Shown here piece after piece: positions 35,982 through 44,027 of a stretch of 64,000 bases of DNA. A program made the position numbers and the translations under genes. The notes beneath the pieces are model-generated. The model did not search any database, was not told the DNA's origin, and saw only the letters and a program-made list of their open reading frames with translations. This DNA comes from Nitrososphaerota archaeon (GTDB lineage Archaea > Thermoproteota > Nitrososphaeria > Nitrososphaerales > JACQRY01), in contig JACPCU010000014.1 in the NCBI GenBank assembly GCA_016184315.1, positions 64,724 to 128,723 on the forward strand, written 5' to 3'. How positions within the stretch are numbered: position 1 is the first letter of the stretch; each line of letters opens with the position of its first letter.

Positions 35982-36659
35982 TTGAAGATACCTTTCCTGC
36001 TCATCAACTTCAAGAACTACGCTGAGGTTGCAGGAGCAGCTTCTCTATCCCTAGCCAAAACTGCTGAACACGTCTCACAGGAGATCGGAGTGAGCATAGG
36101 AGTTGCACCTCCGACTCCGCTTCTATCGCAAGTAGCGAAGGCTGTGGAGATCCCTGTCTTTGCTCAACATGTCGACAAAGAGGGGATGGGAAGCACTACT
36201 GGTGCTACTGTTGTGGAGCATGTGAAGGCAGCCGGGTGTGTCGGCTCCATCGTCAACCATAGCGAGAAGCGTATTCCGTTAGAGTCTATACGCATAGTGG
36301 TGGAGAATCTTAATGGTTTAGGCATGGTCTCCATGGTTTGCGCCAAGACTCCTGCTGAAGTTGCTTCAATAGCTGCTTTTGGACCGAGCTTCGCTGCTAT
36401 TGAGCCCCCTGAGTTGATAGGTTCGGGTAGGGCGGTGTCAAAGGTTAGGCCTGACGTCGTGGTGGATTCAGTTAAGGCAGCTGAGGGGGTGAACCCTTCT
36501 GTCAAGGTGGTTTGCGGCGCAGGTGTTGTTTCGGGAGAGGATGTGGCTGCAGCCATCCGTCTAGGCTCAAAAGGGGTTCTTGTGGCGAGTGGAGTGGTCA
36601 AAGCTAAGGACTGGAAAAAGGCCATCTTCGATCTGGCGCTGCCGTTGGTTAAGCGATGA
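35982..36659 (+). CDS. tpiA: Triose-phosphate isomerase (short archaeal type)
   Basis: 225 aa with LLINFKNY, NHSEKR and AIEPPELIGSG. Confidence 0.9.
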   Translation: MKIPFLLINFKNYAEVAGAASLSLAKTAEHVSQEIGVSIGVAPPTPLLSQVAKAVEIPVFAQHVDKEGMGSTTGATVVEHVKAAGCVGSIVNHSEKRIPLESIRIVVENLNGLGMVSMVCAKTPAEVASIAAFGPSFAAIEPPELIGSGRAVSKVRPDVVVDSVKAAEGVNPSVKVVCGAGVVSGEDVAAAIRLGSKGVLVASGVVKAKDWKKAIFDLALPLVKR

Positions 36660-36698
36660 TAGGCCTTATATGAAATTCTTGCAAGATGCGGCTACAAG

Positions 36699-36707
36699 AT
36701 ATATATA
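36699..36707 (+). promoter_or_regulatory. TATA-like box for gdhA
   Basis: ATATATATA lies about 27 nt upstream of the ATG at 36730. Confidence 0.35.
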
Positions 36708-36729
36708 ACCTATTGTTTAGCGCAGCCTC

Positions 36730-37989
36730 ATGTCATCAAGCCAGCAGTCGTTAAACCCTCTGCAGAACGCTTGGAAGCAGCTTGACATCGCTGCTGAAAT
36801 GTTGAAGCTCGCTCCGGATCTTCATGAAGTGTTGAAACATCCTAAGAGAACACTCACCGTGTCTATTCCAGTAAAGATGGATGACGGTCACGTTGAGGTT
36901 TTCACCGGTCACCGGGTGCAGCACAGTGACGCTAGGGGTCCGTATAAGGGCGGAATAAGGTATCATCCCGGCGTAACTCTGGACGAGGTTAAGGCTCTGG
37001 CTTCTTGGATGACATGGAAATGCGCCACCATAGACATACCCTACGGTGGAGCAAAAGGAGGCGTAACCTGTAACCCCAAAGAAATGTCCGCAGGTGAAAA
37101 AGAGAGGTTGACAAGAAGATACACCCTAATGATCTCCGAAATTATTGGGCCTCGGAGAGACATTCCTGCTCCAGACGTCTACACTGACTCCCAGACCATG
37201 GCTTGGATCACAGACACCTACAGCCAGATCCACGGCTATTCTATCCCCGAGGTTGTGACTGGTAAGCCGCTTCACCTAGGCGGCTCCGAGGGAAGAATCT
37301 ATGCAACCTCCAAGGGTACAGTGATCTGCGCAAGAGAAGCAGCTTCAGCCCTCAAGATCAATTTGAAGAGTGTGACTGCTGCAGTGCAGGGCTATGGTAA
37401 CGCTGGCTCCTATTCAGCTATCTTCCTACAGCAGATGGGCGTCAAGGTTATCGCTGCCAGCGACTCGAAGGGAGGAGTATACTCAAAGAAGGGAGTCGAC
37501 GCTGTTAAGCTGAACATCCACAAGAATAAGACTGGGAGCGTAGTAGGTTACCCAGGCACCGAGAAGATCAGCAATGAGGAGTTGTTGGAGTTGGACTGCG
37601 CCATTCTGGTGCCTGCTGCTCTCGAAAACGTGATAACCAAGAAAAATGCCTCCAGGATTCAGGCTAAGATCATATCAGAGGCAGCCAATGGGCCGACTAC
37701 TCCTGACGCGGACAAGATTCTTGCGAAGAACGAGGTTCTTGTGATACCCGATATTCTGGCTAACTCTGGCGGCGTTTTGGTCAGCTATTTGGAATGGGTG
37801 CAGAACTTGAACAGAGAGCATTGGACCGAAGACGAGGTGAACAAGAGGATGGAGGCGAAGATGATTAAGGCCTTCAAAGATGTCTACAACTTGTCCAAAG
37901 TCAAAGGTATCGATATGCGCTCCGCAGCCATGGTTCTCGCAGTTGGCAGGGTATCTGACGCGGTGAAGACCCTAGGCATCTGGCCATAG
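36730..37989 (+). CDS. gdhA: Glutamate dehydrogenase
   Basis: 419 aa with GPYKGGIRYHP, IPYGGAKGG and VQGYGNAG. Confidence 0.95.
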   Translation: MSSSQQSLNPLQNAWKQLDIAAEMLKLAPDLHEVLKHPKRTLTVSIPVKMDDGHVEVFTGHRVQHSDARGPYKGGIRYHPGVTLDEVKALASWMTWKCATIDIPYGGAKGGVTCNPKEMSAGEKERLTRRYTLMISEIIGPRRDIPAPDVYTDSQTMAWITDTYSQIHGYSIPEVVTGKPLHLGGSEGRIYATSKGTVICAREAASALKINLKSVTAAVQGYGNAGSYSAIFLQQMGVKVIAASDSKGGVYSKKGVDAVKLNIHKNKTGSVVGYPGTEKISNEELLELDCAILVPAALENVITKKNASRIQAKIISEAANGPTTPDADKILAKNEVLVIPDILANSGGVLVSYLEWVQNLNREHWTEDEVNKRMEAKMIKAFKDVYNLSKVKGIDMRSAAMVLAVGRVSDAVKTLGIWP

Positions 37990-38021
37990 CATCGTTTAAT
38001 CTTTCGGATCATCATAGGAGA

Positions 38022-38312
38022 TCAGCGTAGCTGCCAGAAGCGATGTTCTAGATAGATGCCTATGAGGAATAGGCTGATGGCGGGGGCGAACAGCGCCTGC
38101 AGTGCCAGTGGGACGGGTGCTTCGATGATGTCCATGTAGAGCTGGAAGATGCTTCCTGCGAAGAAGAGTATCATCCCTGAGCAGATGAACCACCATGAAA
38201 TAGAGATCTCTCCGCCTCTGAGGGCGCTTATCAGCCTCCAGCTGAAGTAAGAAGCTTGAATTGAAATTACTACGTAGAAGACGTCTATGGATATGGCCAA
38301 CCAGTTCGGCAT
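38022..38312 (-). CDS. Small membrane protein; paralog of the N-terminal part of 6381..6878
   Basis: 96 aa with three helices. It shares the pattern ISISWW...GSIFQLYMD...FAPAISLFLIGIYLEHRFW with the 6381 protein. Confidence 0.5.
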   Translation of the reverse strand: MPNWLAISIDVFYVVISIQASYFSWRLISALRGGEISISWWFICSGMILFFAGSIFQLYMDIIEAPVPLALQALFAPAISLFLIGIYLEHRFWQLR

Positions 38313-38378
38313 CAGAAGCTTTGTGAGAATAGGAGGGATTAGTAAGGTTTTTCTCAGAGCTTCTCAATCATAAGAACA

Positions 38379-38906
38379 TTGCCTTCTGAAACAGTCAATG
38401 AGACCAATAACCCCCTTAAGGAGCTGCGGTACAAGAGTGACGCAGGAGAACTCATATTAGAAGATGTGGGGGAAATAGTGGTCTTCCTCAGCCTCTCCTT
38501 CAGGAGCATGGTGAAGTGGACTGCCAAGAAGTTCGGTAGCGGCTCATCAATGATATGGTATAACATCGGTAAGGCCTCCGCTTCGCCCCTTGTCGAAGTC
38601 TTGCAAAAGAGGAAAGGAGTAGAGACGCAGGAGGAGCTGATCAAGCGTCTTGATTCCTATGCAACCATTCTTGGATGGGGATACGTTGAGACAACCATTT
38701 TTGATTCTCAGGAGAAGAAGGCGGTAATCAGGGTGACCAATTCTCTATTAACGAGAGGCAAGAACGAGGGGTTGGAATGCCACTTCCTAAGAGGCTACCT
38801 CTCAGGTCTATACGACATGATCTTTGAGACCCATACCTTCTGCGAAGAAGCCTTATGCAAGAATATGGGCGCCAACCACTGCGAATTCCATGTCAGGACC
38901 AGATAA
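38379..38906 (+). CDS. V4R-domain protein
   Basis: 175 aa with ...ILGWGYVET...ECHFLRGYLSGLYDMI...CEEALCKNMGANHCEFHV, the V4R Cys pattern. Confidence 0.75.
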   Translation: MPSETVNETNNPLKELRYKSDAGELILEDVGEIVVFLSLSFRSMVKWTAKKFGSGSSMIWYNIGKASASPLVEVLQKRKGVETQEELIKRLDSYATILGWGYVETTIFDSQEKKAVIRVTNSLLTRGKNEGLECHFLRGYLSGLYDMIFETHTFCEEALCKNMGANHCEFHVRTR

Positions 38907-38967
38907 CTGTGTCCTTTGCAATCGTCAAGGTTTTATAGAAACCCCTACCAACGGTAAAAATTAGATT

Positions 38968-39366
38968 TTGGAAAACAAAGAGGCTTTAATCGCCTCGATA
39001 AAGCAATTTCTGCGTGACTCCGGATACATGGTCGCAGCGCCAGCAGTACTCAGAGGAGAATCTGGTGTGGATCATACTTTTGACCTTTATGCTGTAGGTC
39101 CCGACAACTTCAAGATTCTCATGGAGACTTGGGTCTCCCTAGAAATGGTTGACGTAGACAAAGTGCTGTCAACTTACGTTAAGGTTCTCGATGTCGGGCC
39201 GTCCAAAGCTTTCTTGGCGGCTATCCCGGGCGCCACGTTCTTCGCTAAGGAGCTGGCGCATCTCTACAAGATTCATCTCATGGAAGGGGTTTCAACTCAT
39301 GAGATCACGTCGAAGTTCAAGGAGATCGTCTTGACCAGCTCTAACGGTTCAAGTGTTCTGCAATAG
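38968..39366 (+). CDS. Hypothetical protein, possibly restriction-endonuclease-like fold
   Basis: 132 aa with GESGVDHTFDLYAVGPDNFKILMETW, reminiscent of a PD-(D/E)xK core. The assignment is weak. Confidence 0.35.
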   Translation: MENKEALIASIKQFLRDSGYMVAAPAVLRGESGVDHTFDLYAVGPDNFKILMETWVSLEMVDVDKVLSTYVKVLDVGPSKAFLAAIPGATFFAKELAHLYKIHLMEGVSTHEITSKFKEIVLTSSNGSSVLQ

Positions 39367-39404
39367 TACGTATTACTGTGGAATGCGTTTATCTGTCATG
39401 TTAC

Positions 39405-39431
39405 AATCGTTTTGGCATTGGCAAAACGATT
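39405..39431. terminator. 10-bp stem hairpin between convergent genes
   Basis: AATCGTTTTG (39405-39414) pairs with CAAAACGATT (39422-39431), with a 7-nt loop. It is followed by a T-rich run. Confidence 0.35.
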
Positions 39432-39463
39432 TTGTATGTAAGTGAAAAATCATTTCATGCTTA

Positions 39464-40576
39464 TCACTGCACTACGACAGGAGCGCCTAGTAGATGTTCA
39501 TCTAATTCTACTCCTAAGCCAGGCGTATCAATGTTCTCCAATCTAGCTATTCCGTTATCCAAGACTATTCCACCAGTCTTCACCAAATCCTGCCCTTGCC
39601 TTGTAAACTGGCTGAATCCGCCACATACGTCTTTAGCTGTAGCCATCGCCAAGTGGAGAGAGGCGGTGCACGCCAGGCGAGTCTGTTCCATTCCATCGTA
39701 CCGGTAAATCATGCCTGCAGACTCTGCTATGGCTATGATTCTGCCACTCTTGTTAAGCCCTCCCATCTTTGCTGGCTTAACACTGATCATATCTGCTGCT
39801 TGTTTCTGAATTATCTCTATAACGTCCTCTGGTGTCGCACAACTCTCGTCAGCTATTATTGTTGCTGCTACGGACTTCCTTACCTCTGCCAACCCATTTA
39901 TGCTCCTAGTGGGCTGCTCCACCATGACGTCAAACTGTTCTATTCGTTTAATGATGTTGATGGCCGTGCGGGCAGACCATCCGATATTGGCGTCAACGAC
40001 GAGGGTAATACCATATCCTATTGCGTCTCTTACCTCCCTAACCCTGGCAATCTCTAGGTCATTGTCCACCGAGCCTCCGACTTTCCCCACCTTCATCTCT
40101 ATTGTTTTGAATCCCTCCTCTACTCTCATCTTTGCTTCTTGAGCCATTTCTTCGGGTTTCTTAATTGGCACAGTTATGTGGATGGGAACCCTCTGTTTTC
40201 TCAGACCACCCAGCAATCTGTACACTGGCTGGCCACTGGCCTTGCCCAGTATGTCATAGAGCGCAAAGTCGATAGCTGTCTTTGCGCCCAAGTTGCCTGC
40301 TATGATGTCGAGCTGATCTAGGATTTGAGTGATGTTTCTTGGGTCCATACCTACTAGCTTGGCGGAAACGCGCTTCAAGAATCCCACTGCCGAGTCTTGG
40401 CTCTCGCCAAAAGGGAAGACTGCTGCTGCTTCCCCCAACCCTACAATGTCTTCGTCTGTATGAACTTTGACCACTACATTCTCCAATCTGGTGATGGGAC
40501 CATATGATACGTAGAAGATACGGTCTGGTTTGTAGTCTATGTGCAAAGGATAGATTTCGACTTTGGTAATTTTCAC
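39464..40576 (-). CDS. Enolase-superfamily enzyme (mandelate racemase/muconate-lactonizing/dipeptide-epimerase-like)
   Basis: 370 aa with an N-terminal capping domain (KVEIYPLHI...) and barrel motifs LVVDANIGW, MVEQP and IIADES. Confidence 0.9.
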   Translation of the reverse strand: MKITKVEIYPLHIDYKPDRIFYVSYGPITRLENVVVKVHTDEDIVGLGEAAAVFPFGESQDSAVGFLKRVSAKLVGMDPRNITQILDQLDIIAGNLGAKTAIDFALYDILGKASGQPVYRLLGGLRKQRVPIHITVPIKKPEEMAQEAKMRVEEGFKTIEMKVGKVGGSVDNDLEIARVREVRDAIGYGITLVVDANIGWSARTAINIIKRIEQFDVMVEQPTRSINGLAEVRKSVAATIIADESCATPEDVIEIIQKQAADMISVKPAKMGGLNKSGRIIAIAESAGMIYRYDGMEQTRLACTASLHLAMATAKDVCGGFSQFTRQGQDLVKTGGIVLDNGIARLENIDTPGLGVELDEHLLGAPVVVQ

Positions 40577-40644
40577 GTCTTGTCGACGAAGAAGAATATC
40601 TCTTAAAGTATTTGTGCATTCTCAGGGTCGAATCTATCTCAAAG

Positions 40645-40815
40645 CTTTTGTTTTTGCGGGGTGGTTTGTGCGCGTGTGTTCTTGGGTTGTCTCCTAGGGG
40701 GGTTTTTATTGGTTCGGGGTTTGGTTTCTGCTGTTTTTGTTTTGTTGGAGGTGTTTTCTGGTTGTTGGGGTGGTGTTTTCTGGGTTGTTTGCGGTGGTGT
40801 AGGCTGGGGCTCTTC
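40645..40815. other. Extreme G+T tract on the plus strand (A+C on the transcribed minus strand) between two co-oriented genes
   Basis: In a hand count over ~141 nt (about 40661-40800) only ~15 bases are A or C. The tract lies between the amidohydrolase stop (40862) and the enolase-family start (40576). Confidence 0.8.
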
Positions 40816-40861
40816 TCTACGCGTGTAAGGCAGGTATGTTTTGAGATAGGCTCGTCCTACA

Positions 40862-42253
40862 TCATATGATACGCCAACGTGGTTGGGCAAACCTTTGTAG
40901 ACCCGCTCGCTGAATAATTCCCTCAGCAACTCTCTGACCTTCTTCCAATAGTTCTGGCTCGTTGAGCGTCTTAACTTGTCTGTTCTCCATCAGGATCTCG
41001 CCGTCCACGATTACTGTAGCGACACTATCGCCACATGCTGAGTGAAGAAGGTTGGACACGGGATTAAGCAGAGGCACCCATTCAGGTCGCTTGACGTCGA
41101 ATAACACTATGTCTGCTCTCTTCCCGAGCTCGATAGACCCCACTTGGTCTTCCAAGAGAAGCGCCTTAGCGCCGTTTGTCGTCAACATCTCCAGCAATGT
41201 CTCAGGTGGATACAGCTCCGTGTTGGTTCTTGCATCACGAAAAGCTGCCAACCCATATGCTACCCTTATCATATCTAGGAAATTCGATGCGATTGAGCCA
41301 GAGCAGCCCAGTGATAACACGACTCCTCTTCTCATCATGTCATCGAACCTAGCAGCTTTCAGACCTCCGTGTCCGAGGGCGAAGTTGGTCGTGGGCGTCA
41401 CTGATACCTTGACATTCTTTTCGATCATGAGTTCTATTTCTCCTTCCGTGAGCCATGACCCATGAGCGATGAGAAGATTGGGGCCAAGGACTCCTGCTTC
41501 ATGGTAACGGCTGATAGGCAGTTTACCTGAAAAACGGGCCTTATGGTTTTCAAGTGATTCTGTGCTTGCAGACACGTGCGATTGTATTCCCACATTTTCG
41601 GCGTCTGCGAGGCGTTTGATCTCTGATGCTAATTCGCTTGATACTGATGATTCAGCTCTAAGCGAAAACCAAGCTTTAACTCTGCCACTAGCCGCTCCGT
41701 TGAACTTCTTTACGAAACTTTGCCCTTTCTTCACCATTTCATCGGTAAGTGCTGGCGATCTTTCAGAAGCTTTGCCCGGAGGAAAATCCGTGAGGTTTTC
41801 CGCGATAACCGCTCTAGTGCCTGATTTTTCGACAGCTCCGACCAGAGGGTAGGCGTTACCAAAGGCTGGTCCCGGATCGGCTATGCAAGTGACGCCGTTC
41901 TTTAGCAATTCAAGGATGCATAGGCTGGTTGATAGTTGGAGTTCACTGGGGTTTAGTGCAGCTTCGAGAGGATACATTCTTTCACGTACAACTGTCCCCA
42001 TGGGGGCGTTGTCAGCTATTCCTCGGCCGAAGTGACTGGCTGTATGTATGTGGGTGTTTATGAAACCTGGTGTTACAACATTGTTGTGGCCGTCGATGAC
42101 TTTGTCTGCAGAAGGATATTTCTTTAGAACATCGTGCGTCTTCCCAACTGCGGCGATGACGCCGCCCTCAATTGCCATGGCGCCGTCCGCTATGATCTGC
42201 CGTTGAGGGTTTACCGTAATTAGGTATGCAATGTTTTTGATAAGTATGTCCAC
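40862..42253 (-). CDS. Amidohydrolase-superfamily enzyme (chlorohydrolase/aminohydrolase-like)
   Basis: 463 aa with VTPGFINTHIHTASH (the HxH metal motif), and later SHVS and HGSWL. Confidence 0.9.
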   Translation of the reverse strand: MDILIKNIAYLITVNPQRQIIADGAMAIEGGVIAAVGKTHDVLKKYPSADKVIDGHNNVVTPGFINTHIHTASHFGRGIADNAPMGTVVRERMYPLEAALNPSELQLSTSLCILELLKNGVTCIADPGPAFGNAYPLVGAVEKSGTRAVIAENLTDFPPGKASERSPALTDEMVKKGQSFVKKFNGAASGRVKAWFSLRAESSVSSELASEIKRLADAENVGIQSHVSASTESLENHKARFSGKLPISRYHEAGVLGPNLLIAHGSWLTEGEIELMIEKNVKVSVTPTTNFALGHGGLKAARFDDMMRRGVVLSLGCSGSIASNFLDMIRVAYGLAAFRDARTNTELYPPETLLEMLTTNGAKALLLEDQVGSIELGKRADIVLFDVKRPEWVPLLNPVSNLLHSACGDSVATVIVDGEILMENRQVKTLNEPELLEEGQRVAEGIIQRAGLQRFAQPRWRII

Positions 42254-42357
42254 GGTATGAGTGACATTGGGGGATAATTAGAGTCTTACTCTTGCCTTGA
42301 TGGCGGGTTAACATGGATATGTTTGTGGTTGTCAAAAAAGGGGGAGTGCCCAACCTT

Positions 42358-43593
42358 TTAGGCTGGGCCGAATATTGGCTCTAGGTACTTCTTCGCGAAT
42401 TCTTGGGGTTTTGTCAGTGTTTCTGGGTTGGATGAGCCGAGTATTTGGTCTGGGGAAATGTTGGGGAACAGGATGCTAAGAGAGGATTTGGCTACGAAGC
42501 CTAGTCTCATGGGGGATCTGTAGGCGCGGGAGTATATTTCTTGTCCGTCTGGACTTAGCATGAATTCTATGAGTAGTTTAGCTGCGTTGGGATGGGGGGC
42601 ATTCTTGGAGATGATGAAACCTGATGGTAGGACTACAACCGGTGTGATGGGAATGAATTCCAATGGAGCTGCTCTTTCTCTGGCTTGAAGGACATCGTGT
42701 AGGAGACCGTTTATGCCTATGCTTCCCTCTTCAGAGATGACCAGTCGTCCTATTTGGCCGGTGCTCCTGAACATTCTTGCGTCGAGGGCTCTGAGGTCGT
42801 TAAGGAACTTGGTCCACTTTGCGTCATCATTCCAGTTGACCTTAAGTTCTCCTAGGACGTGCGTGAATGGGCCGGCTCGCGCTGGATGATCCAGCAAGAT
42901 CTTGCCTTGGTATTTCGCCGCTAACCCTGGTAGCTGCTCCCATCTTGTTATGCCTTGGATGTCACTCTTCTTCACCAGATTGGGATTGTAGATTGCTACT
43001 GGGACTGTTGCGCCGTAGAAGAACATGCGGTTAGTAGGGTCCTTGATGGGAAAGAGGTCTTTGGTGTATTGTTTAGACTCGTATGGTTGTGCGACTCCTA
43101 TTTCGACTGCGCTTGCGAGAGTGGCTCCATCGTTATCATATACATCCCATATGCTTTGAGCTAGTTTTGATTCAGAAGAGACCCTTGACAGAAGTTCTGG
43201 GCTTTGGGCTGTGTAGAAGTCAACTTTGATGCCGGGGAATTTTTTCTGAAATTCTTGGGCTAGCTTGACCATGTCTTGCTGTTCTCTCACAGAATAGATC
43301 GTGAGTGTTCCTTCTTTGAGGGCTGCTGCGACTAGATTGGGGTCAAAGGGAGTTATTTGTTGGAGAAGGCCTTCTCTTTCAGAAACTTGCTTCCTAGCTT
43401 CTTGTAGAGCTGTTTGGAGGCTGCCTCGGAGCTGTTTTAGGTCGGCGTCAACTGTTGCAATGTCTTTGGTTATTGTGTTGAGGTGGCTTCTGAGCTGACT
43501 TGCTTCTTGGCTCACAGCTAGGTTTGCGTAGCCAAGGGAGGCAGCGGCTAGAAGTATCGCGACTACGGATACAATGATAGGTGTGTTCGCCAT
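42358..43593 (-). CDS. ABC-transporter solute-binding protein (family 1, Fe3+/polyamine-like) with an N-terminal TM anchor and coiled coil
   Basis: From ATG 43593: MANTPIIVSVVAILLAAASL, then a ~60-aa heptad-like stretch, then an SBP fold (YSVREQQD...FYTAQSPE...). No permease or ATPase genes are adjacent. Confidence 0.75.
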   Translation of the reverse strand: MANTPIIVSVVAILLAAASLGYANLAVSQEASQLRSHLNTITKDIATVDADLKQLRGSLQTALQEARKQVSEREGLLQQITPFDPNLVAAALKEGTLTIYSVREQQDMVKLAQEFQKKFPGIKVDFYTAQSPELLSRVSSESKLAQSIWDVYDNDGATLASAVEIGVAQPYESKQYTKDLFPIKDPTNRMFFYGATVPVAIYNPNLVKKSDIQGITRWEQLPGLAAKYQGKILLDHPARAGPFTHVLGELKVNWNDDAKWTKFLNDLRALDARMFRSTGQIGRLVISEEGSIGINGLLHDVLQARERAAPLEFIPITPVVVLPSGFIISKNAPHPNAAKLLIEFMLSPDGQEIYSRAYRSPMRLGFVAKSSLSILFPNISPDQILGSSNPETLTKPQEFAKKYLEPIFGPA

Positions 43594-44027
43594 TTTAGCT
43601 CGTGAAGAATTCCGCTCTATGATAAAAATATTGCTTCTAATAGTTCTACTAATTTCTTGGGTGAAACAAGTCAATATTCACGTTATTATCTGATGATAAT
43701 GAACCATATGTCATTGTTTTGGCAATGATATGAGCCGAGGCTTCTAAGGATCTACGTAGACATTGCGCCGGGTATTGCCGCATAATCGTTGAGTCATAAA
43801 ATCCTTGTCGGTCATCCGGCTCCAGACGTCATGCATCGCATAAATGTCTGCTTGCTCTTAGCCGCGGTGACGGTAGGCTCTTTTCCCTCTTGCGCTATAG
43901 AACGGATTAGAACTAGGGTCAAGACAGTGGCATACTGCTGCAGGTGATAAGAAATATTGATTATTTTCAAAGACGCTTAAAATTGCAGAAAAAGCAGATA
44001 TTGGCGGACAGCTGCACCCGCAGAACA

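Noticed and set aside
36164-36625. 153-aa antisense ORF inside tpiA. Similar long antisense ORFs occur at 44621..45127, 53522..53932, 56042..56518 and 59944..60306.
   Set aside because: These are shadow ORFs opposite strongly supported enzyme genes, with biased Ala/Ser/Thr/Pro/Arg composition typical of antisense frames.
40639-40929. 96-aa P/Q/T/K-rich ORF on the minus strand spanning the intercistronic tract.
   Set aside because: Its N-terminus overlaps the amidohydrolase 3' end in another frame. The rest is just the A/C tract translated, and it has no domain-like features.
43688-43760. CTGATGA ... AATGATATGA ... CTAA spacing, reminiscent of a C/D-box sRNA.
   Set aside because: The D' and D boxes are not CUGA (they read UGUC and CUAA), there is no terminal stem, and the reverse strand is no better.
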